From Pseudoxanthomonas sp. (GTDB taxonomy: Bacteria; Pseudomonadota; Gammaproteobacteria; Xanthomonadales; Xanthomonadaceae), in the NCBI GenBank assembly GCA_052039535.1, contig JBQGEI010000002.1:1-35949 (forward strand): 35,949 bases of DNA. Reading direction: 5' to 3'. Under the pieces are notes generated by a model, which saw only the letters and a list, made by a program, of their open reading frames with translations, was not told the DNA's origin and searched no databases. Positions within the stretch are counted from its first letter, which is position 1, and the number at the start of each line of letters is the position of its first letter. A program made the translations under genes and the position numbers. Positions 17,047 to 26,879 of this stretch are shown piece after piece.

Positions 17047-19548
17047 CTACTTGCCCTGCTTCGGCAGCGCGCCGAGCAGGTCCTGGGCGGCATGCACCAG
17101 GAACACGTAACGCGCGCCGAGGTCGATCACGTACTCGTTCTGGCCCCAGAAGAACGGCCAGTCCTCCTTGTTCTCCGGGAAGTCGGGCTTGAGCACCAGC
17201 ACGCCCGGGACCACGCCGCCGGCGATGAAGCTGAAGTCGGCCCGGTTGCTGCCGTAGGCCACCTGCTTGGAGCGGGCCCCGACCGCCGAGACGAAGGAGA
17301 TGTTCGAGTCGGGGTGGGTGCCGTAGAGGTAGTTGAGCCCCTGCAGCGTGGGCTCGATGTCGAACAGGTCCGGGAAGGCCTTGTGCAGGTGGTAGTTGGC
17401 CACGGCCATGCCCACCACCGCGCTGTTGCCGGCCCAGCCGCCGCGGGTGATCAGCACGCCGTAGGGGTTCTCGCCGGCCATCGGCTTGAACTCCTCGCGC
17501 AGGCGGATGGCGCGCTGCCGCACCTGCGCGCGGAAGCCTTCGTCCATCTTCGGCAGCGCCGCCAGCACCACCGGCGCGTTGAAGCCGAAACGCGGCTCGA
17601 TCTTCGGCCACAGTGCGCGGATGCCGTCGGCGTACTTCGCCTCGCCGGTGGACAGCAGCAGCTGCACGGCGGCGTGCAGCTGCTCGTCGTCCGGATGCCC
17701 GCCAGTGGTGTTGCCCACCCTGAACAGGTTCGGCTCGCGTCCCTGCTCGAACTCCCACACCTTGCGCGCGGTGGCCAGGCACTCCTCGGCGAGGGCGTCG
17801 TTGTAGCCGCGCAGGGCACGGCTGGCGGCGGCCAGGGCCGCGGCCGAGCCGTAGTTCAGCGCGGTCGTATTGCTGGTGAAGGCAAGGCGGTCGTCGTTGG
17901 GCGAGTCCGGGTCGGCGGGGTTGTCCACCTTGCCGTCGGTCTTGCTGACCGCATCGCCCAGGTGGGTGTACTGGCCCAGGTCCGGCTCGACGATGCCCGG
18001 GATCGCATGGCCGAACACGCGGTGCTGCGCGATCAGGGCCAGGGTGCCGTGCTCGATCTGCTGCAGCAGGTCCGGCACGCCGTCGGGCACGTGGATCTCC
18101 ACGTGCTGGCGCTTCTGGTCGATGGTGGTCTCGTCGCGCCGGGGGGCGAAGCGCTCCCAGGTGTCCACCATCGAGGCCACGGTGGAGTAGTGGGTCTGGG
18201 TGCGGATGTCGAAATCGCCGGCGTCGAACCAGCCACCGTAGTTCAGGCCGGGGATGTGCTCGCCGGGCTGGAACGGGGAATCCAGCTCCGGGCCCTGGGC
18301 GAACAGGTCGAAATGCTCGCGGTTGGGGGCCACCTGGCGGGCGTCGTCCATGTGCGAGCGGCCATGCCACACCCGGTAGGCCTCGTTGACGAACATGTGG
18401 TCCATCTGCACCGGGAAGAACACGTCCATCGTCGGATGCCAGGCGGTGGCGTAGGCGTCCTCGGCGATGCGGAAGGCGGTGGTGCGCTGGCCGGCGGCCT
18501 CGATCACGTACAGGCCCGGCTCGCGCACGCTGGAGAAGTCGAGGTTGTAGTACTCGTAGCGCAGGTACCTGCCCCAGTGCGACGGGGTCACCGCCAGCAC
18601 CTCGCGCTCGGCACCATCGGCGCCCACGCGCAGCACCCGCGCCGGCCCCGGCGCGGCGGCGCGCGGATCGGTCTCCAGCACCGCGACCTTGCGCTGCGCC
18701 GGGTGGTAGCCGACCTGGGAGTGGCCGATCACCGGGTCACGGGTCCAGCCGGGAATCGTGTTGCCGTCCACGGTCCAGTCCAGCACGGCGCCGGATGCGC
18801 CGGCCGGCAGCATCGTGCGCACCACCAGCCAGCCGTTCTGGGCCTGGTTGCGCCCGTCGTACAGCCCCAGCTCACCGCTGCGGCTGGTGATGGTCACCCG
18901 GCGCTGCGGATCCTCCGGCGCCAGCACCAGGGTGGTCCCGGTGGCCAGCGGCAGGCGCACGGTGGCGCCGGCCGCATCGCGGCCGCTCGGCCCGCTCGGG
19001 TAGAGCGGCAGCTGGCCGGTACGCTCGCCGGTGCCGTCGGCCGCCACCCAGGACTTGCCGAAGTAGGCCGAGGGCAGGAACTCGAGGTTGAATCCGGCGC
19101 GGCCCTTCAGCGCCGCCGGCAACGGCCGGTCCAGCACCACCTGGATGCGCACGCCGTCGCCCTGCGGAGAGACCCTGATGTCGTACTCGAACTTCTGGTC
19201 GGGGTAGTGCATGCGCGTGGTGATGGTGCCGGTGCGCGCGTCGACCTTGCGCTCCTTCATCAGGGCCACCGCATCCCACTGCTCGGGGGTCGGGCTCAGC
19301 CGCACGTCGCCGTTGGTGGCGGTGCGCACGCCATGGTGGATCAGCTCCACGCCGGCGTGCTTGGCATCGCTGAACAGGCCGTCGTAGTAGTTGCTGAAGG
19401 CCAGCACGTCCAGCCCGGGCCGGCTGAAGTACTCCTTGTCGTTGAGCCGCAGCGGCTCGGCGAAGGCCGATGGCATGATGGCGGCGGCCAGCGCGGCGGC
19501 GAGGATGGAACGGGCGCGGAAGGACCTCCGGCGGCGGTGTGGCGTCAT
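17047..19548 (-). CDS. Glycoside hydrolase family 9 (endoglucanase/xyloglucanase-like), secreted
   Basis: Signal peptide ending AFA; SQVGYHP Ig-like start; GGWFDAGD; C-terminal WGQNEYVI with putative catalytic Glu; GGGGAG RBS. Confidence 0.9.
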   Translation of the reverse strand: MTPHRRRRSFRARSILAAALAAAIMPSAFAEPLRLNDKEYFSRPGLDVLAFSNYYDGLFSDAKHAGVELIHHGVRTATNGDVRLSPTPEQWDAVALMKERKVDARTGTITTRMHYPDQKFEYDIRVSPQGDGVRIQVVLDRPLPAALKGRAGFNLEFLPSAYFGKSWVAADGTGERTGQLPLYPSGPSGRDAAGATVRLPLATGTTLVLAPEDPQRRVTITSRSGELGLYDGRNQAQNGWLVVRTMLPAGASGAVLDWTVDGNTIPGWTRDPVIGHSQVGYHPAQRKVAVLETDPRAAAPGPARVLRVGADGAEREVLAVTPSHWGRYLRYEYYNLDFSSVREPGLYVIEAAGQRTTAFRIAEDAYATAWHPTMDVFFPVQMDHMFVNEAYRVWHGRSHMDDARQVAPNREHFDLFAQGPELDSPFQPGEHIPGLNYGGWFDAGDFDIRTQTHYSTVASMVDTWERFAPRRDETTIDQKRQHVEIHVPDGVPDLLQQIEHGTLALIAQHRVFGHAIPGIVEPDLGQYTHLGDAVSKTDGKVDNPADPDSPNDDRLAFTSNTTALNYGSAAALAAASRALRGYNDALAEECLATARKVWEFEQGREPNLFRVGNTTGGHPDDEQLHAAVQLLLSTGEAKYADGIRALWPKIEPRFGFNAPVVLAALPKMDEGFRAQVRQRAIRLREEFKPMAGENPYGVLITRGGWAGNSAVVGMAVANYHLHKAFPDLFDIEPTLQGLNYLYGTHPDSNISFVSAVGARSKQVAYGSNRADFSFIAGGVVPGVLVLKPDFPENKEDWPFFWGQNEYVIDLGARYVFLVHAAQDLLGALPKQGK

Positions 19549-19569
19549 GGTGCGGCTCCCCTTCAAAGT

Positions 19570-19589
19570 CGATGTGAACGCTAACATCG
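19570..19589 (-). promoter_or_regulatory. LacI-family operator-like palindrome (xyl-box-like) CGATGTTAGCGTTCACATCG
   Basis: Core TGTTAGCGTTCACA is 2 mismatches from the perfect palindrome TGTTAGCGCTAACA; about 21 nt upstream of the GH9 ATG. Confidence 0.7.
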
Positions 19590-19644
19590 GACCGGGGAGG
19601 GGCCGAGCTGCGGTGCAGCACGGCGGCACAGGCCGATGGCCGCC

Positions 19645-20301
19645 TCAGTCGCGGTCCGGCGCGCCGAGGGGGAAGTAATGGCGGTAGCGCCTGGCTTCGT
19701 CCACCGCGCGCCGCATCGAGGGCCGGGCAAGCAGGCGGGCGCGGTAGGCGTGCACGCGGGCACAGCCGGGCGGGATCGGGTGGCTCCAGTCGGCGTAGAA
19801 CAGGAACGGCGCCGCGCCGCAGTCGGCCAGGCTGAAATGCCCGCCCGCCGCCCACGGGCGGCCGTCGGCCAGGTGCCGCTCCAGCCACGCGTAGCTGGTC
19901 TCCAGCAGCTGCCGCGCTTCGGCCACGCCATGGGGGTCGCGCTGGCCCCCGCCGCGCAGGACGTCGGACACCAGCTTCTGCTGCGGCGTGGACACGTAGT
20001 TGTCGAAGAACCGGTCCAGCAGGCGCACTTCCAGCGCCTGCAGCGGGTCGTCCGGCAGCAGCCGCACCGGGCCGGGATGGCGCAGGTGCAGGTACTCGAT
20101 GATGGCGCTGGCCTCGGGCAGGCTGCGGTCTCCGTCGACCAGCAGCGGGAAGCGGGCGACCGGCCAGTACGCCCGCAGCGCCTGCATGTGGCCAGGCTCC
20201 TCCAGGTGGCGGTACTCGAAGGCCACCCGGTTCTCGTAGAGGGCGACGAGCACCTTCTGGCAGTACGAGGAGAACGGGTGCGCGTAGAGGGCAAGGCTCA
20301 T
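19645..20301 (-). CDS. Glutathione S-transferase family protein
   Basis: YAHPFSSYCQKV, FPLLVD, EASAIIEYL, FSLADCGAAP. Confidence 0.92.
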   Translation of the reverse strand: MSLALYAHPFSSYCQKVLVALYENRVAFEYRHLEEPGHMQALRAYWPVARFPLLVDGDRSLPEASAIIEYLHLRHPGPVRLLPDDPLQALEVRLLDRFFDNYVSTPQQKLVSDVLRGGGQRDPHGVAEARQLLETSYAWLERHLADGRPWAAGGHFSLADCGAAPFLFYADWSHPIPPGCARVHAYRARLLARPSMRRAVDEARRYRHYFPLGAPDRD

Positions 20302-20308
20302 CGTCGGC

Positions 20309-21994
20309 TCACTGGGCGGGGACATCCTCCCTGCGACGCGCGGAGCCGGCGTCGATCGACACGGGCGCCTCTTCCAGTTCCGGGTACAGCGCCAGCAGCG
20401 CCAGGACCACGCCGTTGGACCAGCCGAAGCCGTCCTGCAGCGGGTACTCGCCGCCGCCTCCGCCCTGCAGCGCGCCGTGCGCGTCGTACTTCTCCACCAG
20501 CTTGCGCTCGCGCGCGAACAGGGCCTGCACGTTGCCGACGAAGGCGCCGGCGATCTGGCGTGCCAGCGCCTGCTCGCCATAGCGGCGCAGGCCGACCACC
20601 GCGACCCACTGCAGCGGCGCCCAGACATTGGGCGCGTCCCACTGCTGGCCGCTGTCGACGGCGGTGGTGACCAGGCCGCCGGGGCGCAGCAGCCCGTCGC
20701 GCACCGCCGCCGCGGTACGCCGGGCACGCTGCGGCGAGGCGATGCCGGCGTGCAGCGGGAACAGGGCGGCGGCGGTGAGCTGGTCGCGCACCTTGCCCTG
20801 GCGCAGGTCCAGGTCACCGTAGTAGCCGCCGGCGCCGTGCCACAGGTGCCGTTCGATCGCCGCGGCCCGCGCGGTGGCGCGGTCGTCGAACTGGCGCGCG
20901 CATGCCTCCTCCCCGGCCTGGCGGCAGGCCGCGGCGATGGTGGCCTCCAGGTGGTGCAGCAGGCTGTTGAGGTCCACCGGCACGCGCGTGGTCACGTGGA
21001 TGCTGTCCAGGCGCATCGGGTCGTCCAGCCAGCGGCTGGAATAGTCCCAGCCGCTTTCGGCCCCGGCGCGCAGCTCGCGGTAGACCTCGCCGGCCGGACG
21101 TGCGCCCAGGGCGGCCGTGTGCGTGTCCTGGCGGTACGACTCCGGGCGCGGGCTGTCGCGGTCGTCCCAGTAGCGGTTGAGCAGGCTGCCGTCGGCCAGC
21201 CGCACCACCCGGCGGTGGGCCTGGCCGGGCGCGAGGTGCTGCTCGCCGTCCATCCAGAAGGCGTGTTCGCGCCTCAGCTGGCGCAGGTAGCGCACCGGCA
21301 GGGCCGGATCGTGCCGCGATTCCAGCGCCACCATGTGCGAGAAGAACGGCGGCTGGGAGCGGCTCAGGTAGTAGCTGCGGTTGCCGTTGGGAATGTGGCC
21401 CCAGGTATCGATGAGGGCGGCGAAGTTGTCCAGCATGTTCCGGCTGAGCGCGTCCTGCCCGCTCTGCGCCAGGCCGCGCATGGTGAAGTACGAGTCCCAG
21501 TAGTAGACCTCGCGGAAGCGTCCGCCCGGCACCACGTACGGATGCGGCAGCGGCAGCAGGCTGTCATGTGGCCGCGGCGCCGGACTGCGCCGGGTCAGCA
21601 GCGGCCACAGGGCGTCGATGTGGGCGCGCAGGCCGGGCTGGGGCGCGATCTCGCTGGCGGCCACCTGCGCCGGCAGCACGAAGCGGGTGTCCACGAAGCG
21701 GCGCAGGTCGAAGCCGGCTTCCGCGCGTTCGCGGGCGAAGGCCGCTTCCACCTCGGCCGGGGCCTCGCGCGGCACCGCGTCGACGAATACCTTCTGGTCC
21801 GCGAACAGGCCCGACTCCTGCACGGCCTTGAACACCGAGGGCCAGGCCTGGTCGGGGGTCCGGATGGCGGCCGCCCCGGCGTTTACGGTCGCAGCGGGAA
21901 GTGCATCGGGGCCCGGCGGCCGTGGCTGGGCGGCGCAGGCGGCAAGCAGCAGGGGCAGCAGGAACAGGGCCCGGCGGGCGGTCCGGAAGGGCAT
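20309..21994 (-). CDS. treA: Alpha,alpha-trehalase (GH37), predicted lipoprotein
   Basis: PGGRFREVYYWDSY, PNGNRSYYLSRSQPP, AESGWDYSSRW, QQWDAPN, GGGGEYPLQDGFGWSNG; LAAC lipobox; GGAG RBS. Confidence 0.95.
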   Translation of the reverse strand: MPFRTARRALFLLPLLLAACAAQPRPPGPDALPAATVNAGAAAIRTPDQAWPSVFKAVQESGLFADQKVFVDAVPREAPAEVEAAFARERAEAGFDLRRFVDTRFVLPAQVAASEIAPQPGLRAHIDALWPLLTRRSPAPRPHDSLLPLPHPYVVPGGRFREVYYWDSYFTMRGLAQSGQDALSRNMLDNFAALIDTWGHIPNGNRSYYLSRSQPPFFSHMVALESRHDPALPVRYLRQLRREHAFWMDGEQHLAPGQAHRRVVRLADGSLLNRYWDDRDSPRPESYRQDTHTAALGARPAGEVYRELRAGAESGWDYSSRWLDDPMRLDSIHVTTRVPVDLNSLLHHLEATIAAACRQAGEEACARQFDDRATARAAAIERHLWHGAGGYYGDLDLRQGKVRDQLTAAALFPLHAGIASPQRARRTAAAVRDGLLRPGGLVTTAVDSGQQWDAPNVWAPLQWVAVVGLRRYGEQALARQIAGAFVGNVQALFARERKLVEKYDAHGALQGGGGGEYPLQDGFGWSNGVVLALLALYPELEEAPVSIDAGSARRREDVPAQ

Positions 21995-22056
21995 GGCCGT
22001 TCTCCATGGCGCGACCGGGCCATGCTGGCAGCGGTGCCGCGACGGGCGCGGCAAGG

Positions 22057-22665
22057 TCAGGCCGGTGGCGTCGTCGACAACACCGCGCGCGCGTGGCGGG
22101 CGTAGGCCTGCAGGTCCGGATAGAACGGCTCGAAGCCGGCGGCGATCCCGGCCTCGTGCCGGCGCAGATCGTCCAGGCAGGCCACCAGCCGGTCGCCGTT
22201 GCGCGACAGGCGGGTGGCGATGCGGGTCACGGCCAGGTCCACGCTGTCGCGCCGGCGGTAGGAGCCGAGCCAGTCGTGCGCGGCGATGCGCGGGGCCAGC
22301 GCCTGCAGGCGCCCGGGCAGGCGCCCGCGCTGCGCCAGCAGGTGCGCGTAGAAGCGCCTGGTGAAGTGGTCCAGCGGCTCGTCCGAGTGCCGCGGCCAGT
22401 CGCGCGCCAGCAGGTGGTCGTAATAGACGTCCAGTGCGATGCCGGCATAGCGGCGCAGCCCGGGGCTGAACAGGGCGCGCGCGGCAGCCACCTGCGGGTG
22501 CTCGTCGGTGTAGCGGTCGACCCGGCGGTGGACCAGGATCTCGCGCCGCTCCACCTCGCTGTACTCCTCCAGCGCCACGCGCCCGAACACGAAGTCCCCC
22601 AGCAGCGCGCCCAGCATCGCCTCCGGATCGGGTGCGGCCAGGTGGAGGTGGGCGAGGTAGTTCAT
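22057..22665 (-). CDS. acpH: Acyl carrier protein phosphodiesterase
   Basis: MNYLAHLHLA, LLGDFV, HRRVDRYTDEHP, GIALDVYYDHLLA, FYPDL. Confidence 0.92.
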   Translation of the reverse strand: MNYLAHLHLAAPDPEAMLGALLGDFVFGRVALEEYSEVERREILVHRRVDRYTDEHPQVAAARALFSPGLRRYAGIALDVYYDHLLARDWPRHSDEPLDHFTRRFYAHLLAQRGRLPGRLQALAPRIAAHDWLGSYRRRDSVDLAVTRIATRLSRNGDRLVACLDDLRRHEAGIAAGFEPFYPDLQAYARHARAVLSTTPPA

Positions 22666-22716
22666 CGCGACGATCTTCGCATGCAGCGTCGCGGGCAATC
22701 TGTACATGCGCGCTGG

Positions 22717-22748
22717 TTGACGCCCGCCTCACCGCCGCCCGCGATACT
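22717..22748 (+). promoter_or_regulatory. Shared promoter motif variant TTGAC-N6-CTCAC-N10-GATACT, probable leaderless start
   Basis: Strong half-sites; -10 box 7 nt before ATG 22756; no SD. Confidence 0.55.
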
Positions 22749-22755
22749 GCCGGCC

Positions 22756-23493
22756 ATGCCCGAAGGCCCATCCATCGTCATCCTGAAGGAAGCCGCGGCA
22801 GGCTTTGCCGGGCGCAAGGTGCGCGCGGTGCATGGCAACAGCCGCGAGCCGATCCAGCGCATCGCCGGCCAGCGCCTGGTGGCCCTGCACAGCTGGGGCA
22901 AGCACTTCCTGATGGAGTTCGACGACTTCAGCGTGCGCATCCACTTCATGCTGTTCGGCAGCTACCGGATCGACGAGCGCAAGGCCACGCCGGCACGCCT
23001 GGGCCTGGAATTCGCCCGCGGCGGCGAACTGAACTTCTACGCCTGTTCGCTGCGCTTCATCGACCAGCCGCTGGACGAGGTCTACGACTGGAGCGGCGAC
23101 GTGATGAACGACGCCTGGGACCCGGCGGCGGCGCGGCGCAAGCTGCGCGCGCGGCCACAGGCGCTGGCCGCCGATGCGCTGCTGGACCAGGACGTGTTCG
23201 CCGGGGTCGGCAACATCATCAAGAACGAGGTGCTGCACCGGATCCGGGTGCATCCGGAAAGCCGCATCGGCGCGCTGCCGGCGCGCAAGCTCGGCCAGCT
23301 GGTGGCCGAAGCCCGGCAGTACAGCTTCGACTTCCTGGAATGGAAGAAGGCCTTCGTGCTGCGCAAGCACTGGCAGGTGCACGCCAAGAAGACCTGCCCC
23401 CGCGACGGCACCGCGCTCAGTTACCGCAAGGAGCTGGGCCAGGCGCGCCGCCGTGCGTTCTGGTGCAGCCTCTGCCAGCGGCTGTACGACTGA
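22756..23493 (+). CDS. Fpg/Nei family DNA glycosylase (endonuclease VIII-like)
   Basis: N-terminal MPEGP, WGKHF, IHFMLFG, H2TH LLDQ..FAGVGNIIKNE, C-terminal CPRD...WCSLCQ finger. Confidence 0.92.
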   Translation: MPEGPSIVILKEAAAGFAGRKVRAVHGNSREPIQRIAGQRLVALHSWGKHFLMEFDDFSVRIHFMLFGSYRIDERKATPARLGLEFARGGELNFYACSLRFIDQPLDEVYDWSGDVMNDAWDPAAARRKLRARPQALAADALLDQDVFAGVGNIIKNEVLHRIRVHPESRIGALPARKLGQLVAEARQYSFDFLEWKKAFVLRKHWQVHAKKTCPRDGTALSYRKELGQARRRAFWCSLCQRLYD

Positions 23494-23682
23494 TCAGCCC
23501 GACACCCGCACCAGCACCGCGTGGGCGGCGAGAGCGGCACACAGGGCGATGAACAGCACCCCGCACCAGCCCCGCTCGAACCCGCCCGGACCGGGCGCCA
23601 GCAGCCTGCCCACGCCGGCCAGCGCGGCAGGCAGGGCGAACAGCAGGGCGGCGTGGCCCAGGCCCAGCATCGAGATGTCCAT
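23494..23682 (-). CDS. 62-aa two-TM membrane protein of unknown function
   Basis: GGGAG/AGGA RBS; two hydrophobic segments; FNR-type promoter upstream. Confidence 0.7.
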   Translation of the reverse strand: MDISMLGLGHAALLFALPAALAGVGRLLAPGPGGFERGWCGVLFIALCAALAAHAVLVRVSG

Positions 23683-23716
23683 GGTCCTGCTCCCGGCGGT
23701 GTATCCGCGTGGCCTG

Positions 23717-23758
23717 ATCTTGGGCCCGGCAGGGGCCGGGGGCCTTGATCACGGTCAA
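23717..23758 (-). promoter_or_regulatory. FNR/Anr-type box (TTGAT-CACG-GTCAA) with class II -10 CAAGAT
   Basis: Box at 23745-23758; centre 41.5 bp from the start site implied by CAAGAT (23722-23717, - strand). Confidence 0.7.
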
Positions 23759-23862
23759 GCGACTGCCGGCAGTCCCGCCAGCATGAACGCCGGCCGGACA
23801 TGGCGCGTCCCGCGGGGGCCGGAAGGGCTGCGCCCGTTGTTGCGTTGCAGCATAATGGCGCC

Positions 23863-25092
23863 ATGTCCGCTCCCCTGCTCCCCGCCGCGTCCGACGCGGC
23901 GCCGTCGCTGCCCGTTGGCCCGCGCCAGCGCGCCCTGATCCTTGCCGGCCTGAGCCTGGGCGGCTTTGCCATCGGCACCAGCGAGTTCGCCAGCATGGGC
24001 CTGATGCCCAACCTGGTGGCGGACCTGGGCGTGAGCGAACCGCAGGTCGGCCACCTGATCAGCGCGTACGCCCTGGGCGTGGTGGTGGGTGCGCCGCTGC
24101 TGGCGATCATGGGCGGGCGCCTGTCGCGCAAGGCGCTGCTGCTGGTGCTGATGGCCTTCTATGCCGCCGGCAACCTGGCCACGGCGCTGGGCCCGGACTA
24201 CGCCAGCCTGCTGCTGTTCCGCTTCATCGCCGGCCTGCCGCATGGCGCCTACTTCGGCGTGGCCGCGCTGACGGCGGTGGCGATCAGTCCGCCGCAGGCG
24301 CGGGGCCGGGCGGTCAGCCTGAGCATGCTGGGCCTGACCCTGGCGATCCTGGTCGGTACCCCGCTGGCGACATGGATGGGCCAGCTGGCCAGCTGGCGCT
24401 GGACCTACGCCGCCGTGTCGGTGGTGTCCCTGCTGACGGTGCTGCTGCTGGCCCTGTACCTGCCGGCACGGGGCGAGGTGCAGCGCACCCGCGCGCTGGA
24501 CGAGCTGCGCGCGTTCAACCGCCTGCCGGTGTGGCAGGCGCTGCTGATCGGCGCGATCGGCTTTGCCGGCATGTTCAGCGTGTTCAGCTATCTCGCCCCG
24601 ACCATGGTCCAGGTGACGGGCGTGGCCCCGGCCTGGATCCCGGCCGGCCTGGCCGGCTTCGGCCTGGGCGGGCTGATGGGCAACATCATCGGCGGCTGGC
24701 TGTTCGACCGGCTGCGCTTCCGCGCCGTGCCGGTGGTGCTGGGCTGGGCGGTGGTGATGCTGCTGCTGTTCCCGCTGGCCGCGCAGTGGCCGTGGAGCCT
24801 GCTGCTGGCCACCGTATGCATCGGCATGATGGGCGCACTGGGGCCGATCCTGCAGTCGCACCTGATGGACGTGGCCGGCGACGCCCAGACCCTGGCCGCC
24901 GCCTCGCACCATGCCGCGTTCAACGCCGCCAACGCGCTGGGTCCGCTGCTGGGGGGCATGGCCATCAGCGCGGGCCTGGGCTGGACTTCCACCGGCCCGG
25001 TCGGCGCGCTCACCGCGGTGGCCGGCATCGGCCTCTACGCGTGGGCCGCGCGTACCCGGGCCCGACGCCTGCGCGCCTGCCCGGCGACCTGA
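23863..25092 (+). CDS. MFS transporter (DHA1/AraJ-like)
   Basis: [45 protein letters not shown]; about 12 TM; CATAAT 6 nt before ATG. Confidence 0.93.
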   Translation: MSAPLLPAASDAAPSLPVGPRQRALILAGLSLGGFAIGTSEFASMGLMPNLVADLGVSEPQVGHLISAYALGVVVGAPLLAIMGGRLSRKALLLVLMAFYAAGNLATALGPDYASLLLFRFIAGLPHGAYFGVAALTAVAISPPQARGRAVSLSMLGLTLAILVGTPLATWMGQLASWRWTYAAVSVVSLLTVLLLALYLPARGEVQRTRALDELRAFNRLPVWQALLIGAIGFAGMFSVFSYLAPTMVQVTGVAPAWIPAGLAGFGLGGLMGNIIGGWLFDRLRFRAVPVVLGWAVVMLLLFPLAAQWPWSLLLATVCIGMMGALGPILQSHLMDVAGDAQTLAAASHHAAFNAANALGPLLGGMAISAGLGWTSTGPVGALTAVAGIGLYAWAARTRARRLRACPAT

Positions 25093-25228
25093 GGGCCCGC
25101 CCGGGCCGTCGCCGCGCGGCGGCTCCATACGCAGCGGAAGGGTCGTTTTCCGGCCGGACCACTTAGACTGTGGCGCTTGCCCCGCGTACTCCACGCCGGG
25201 GCTTCCGTCCGCTTCCGAGAGAGTCCGC

Positions 25229-26431
25229 GTGGTCATCCATCCCAAAGTCCGAGGCTTCATCTGCACCACCGCCCACCCGGAAGGGTGCGCGAAGAACGTG
25301 CAGGACCAGATCCGCTACGTGCAGTCGCAGGGTGCACGCGAGGGTGGGCCGAAGCGGGTGCTGGTGATCGGCGCCTCCACCGGGTACGGCCTGGCCGCGC
25401 GCATCACCGCCGCCTTCGGCTATGGCGCCGACACCCTGGGCGTGTTCTTCGAGAAGCCCGGCACCGAGAAGAAGCCGGGCAACCCGGGCTGGTACAACTC
25501 GGCCGAGTTCGACCGCCAGGCCAAGGCCGCCGGCCTCTGGAGCCGCTCGATCAACGGCGACGCCTTCTCCGACGAGGTCCGCGCCAAGGCCATCGAACTG
25601 ATCGCACAGATGGGCGGCCCGATCGACCTGGTCGTGTACTCGCTGGCCTCGCCGGTGCGCCGCCTGCCCGATACCGGCGAGCTCAAGCGCTCGGCGCTCA
25701 AGCCGATCGGCCAGGCCTACCAGGCCACCGCGGTGGACACCAACCGCGACCAGGTCATCCAGGCCACGGTCGAGCCGGCCACCGAGGAAGAGATCGCCGA
25801 CACCATCCGGGTGATGGGCGGCGAGGACTGGGAGCTGTGGATCGACGCCCTGGACAAGGCCGGCGTGCTGGCGCCGGGCGCCAAGACCGTGGCGTTCAGC
25901 TACATCGGCACCGAGATCACCTGGCCGATCTACTGGCACGGTGCGCTGGGCAAGGCCAAGGAAGACCTGGACCGCGCCGCGCACGCGATCGACGCCAGGC
26001 TCAAGCCCGGTGGCGGCTCGGCGAACGTCGCCGTGCTCAAGTCGGTGGTGACCCAGGCCAGCGCCGCGATCCCGGTGATGCCGCTGTACATCGCCATCGT
26101 CTACCGGATCATGAAGGAGAAGGGCCTGCACGAGGGGCCGATCGAGCAGCTGGAGCGTACCTTCCGCGAGCACCTGTACGCGGCCCACCCGCCGGCCAAC
26201 GACGAGTCCAACCGCCTGCGCCTGGACGACCGTGAGCTGCGCGATGACGTGCAGCAGGCCTGCCGCGACCTGTGGCCCACGGTGACCACGGACAACCTGT
26301 TCCAGGTCACCGACTACGCCACCTACAAGCACGACTTCCTGAAGCTGTTCGGCTTCGAGCGCGAGGATGTGGACTACGACGCCGAGGTCGATCCGGTGGT
26401 GCAGTTCGACGTGGTCGACCTGGCGGGCTGA
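25229..26431 (+). CDS. fabV: Enoyl-ACP reductase FabV / trans-2-enoyl-CoA reductase
   Basis: [59 protein letters not shown]; GTG start. Confidence 0.96.
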   Translation: MVIHPKVRGFICTTAHPEGCAKNVQDQIRYVQSQGAREGGPKRVLVIGASTGYGLAARITAAFGYGADTLGVFFEKPGTEKKPGNPGWYNSAEFDRQAKAAGLWSRSINGDAFSDEVRAKAIELIAQMGGPIDLVVYSLASPVRRLPDTGELKRSALKPIGQAYQATAVDTNRDQVIQATVEPATEEEIADTIRVMGGEDWELWIDALDKAGVLAPGAKTVAFSYIGTEITWPIYWHGALGKAKEDLDRAAHAIDARLKPGGGSANVAVLKSVVTQASAAIPVMPLYIAIVYRIMKEKGLHEGPIEQLERTFREHLYAAHPPANDESNRLRLDDRELRDDVQQACRDLWPTVTTDNLFQVTDYATYKHDFLKLFGFEREDVDYDAEVDPVVQFDVVDLAG

Positions 26432-26485
26432 GCCGGGCCGGGCGGCCGCCCGGGGCGCACCGCCCTGGGCCGGCGGCCGGCGCCG

Positions 26486-26857
26486 TCAGCGGGCGGCGGT
26501 GGCCGACTCCACGCAGGTGCGCAGGTCGTTGAGCCGGAACGGCTTGGACAGGCGTACCAGCGACGGATCCAGTTCCACATTGGTGTAGCCGGACACCACG
26601 ATCACCGCGGTGTGCGGCAACCGCGTCCGCACCACGCGGGCCAGGTCCGCACCGGACATTCCCGGCATCAGGTGGTCGGTGACCAGCAGCCCCGGTTGCA
26701 GGCCGCGGTCGAGCTCGGCCAGCGCCTCCTCGGCCGAGCCGGCCTCCACCACCTCGTATCCCATGTCCAGCAGGACGTCCGCGGTGCACATGCGCACGCC
26801 GGGCTCATCGTCGACGACCAGGGCGACGGGGGACGGGTGGGGCTGGACGCTGGACAC
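26486..26857 (-). CDS. Receiver (REC) domain; possibly the detached C-terminus of the upstream hybrid kinase
   Basis: LVVDDE, LLVTDHLMPGMSG, VSGY, KPF; GGAGAG just before GTG. Confidence 0.85.
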   Translation of the reverse strand: MSSVQPHPSPVALVVDDEPGVRMCTADVLLDMGYEVVEAGSAEEALAELDRGLQPGLLVTDHLMPGMSGADLARVVRTRLPHTAVIVVSGYTNVELDPSLVRLSKPFRLNDLRTCVESATAAR

Positions 26858-26879
26858 GGGGCTCTCCGGAAAGGGGATG

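Noticed and set aside
22022-22054. Possible further copy of the shared motif before trehalase (TTGCC-N6-GTCGC-N11-CAGCAT, - strand)
   Set aside because: Spacing fits, but both half-sites lack the conserved A; too weak to call
22700-22716. CTGTACAT... as a possible LexA box before the DNA glycosylase
   Set aside because: No matching ACAG half-site at CTGT-N8-ACAG spacing
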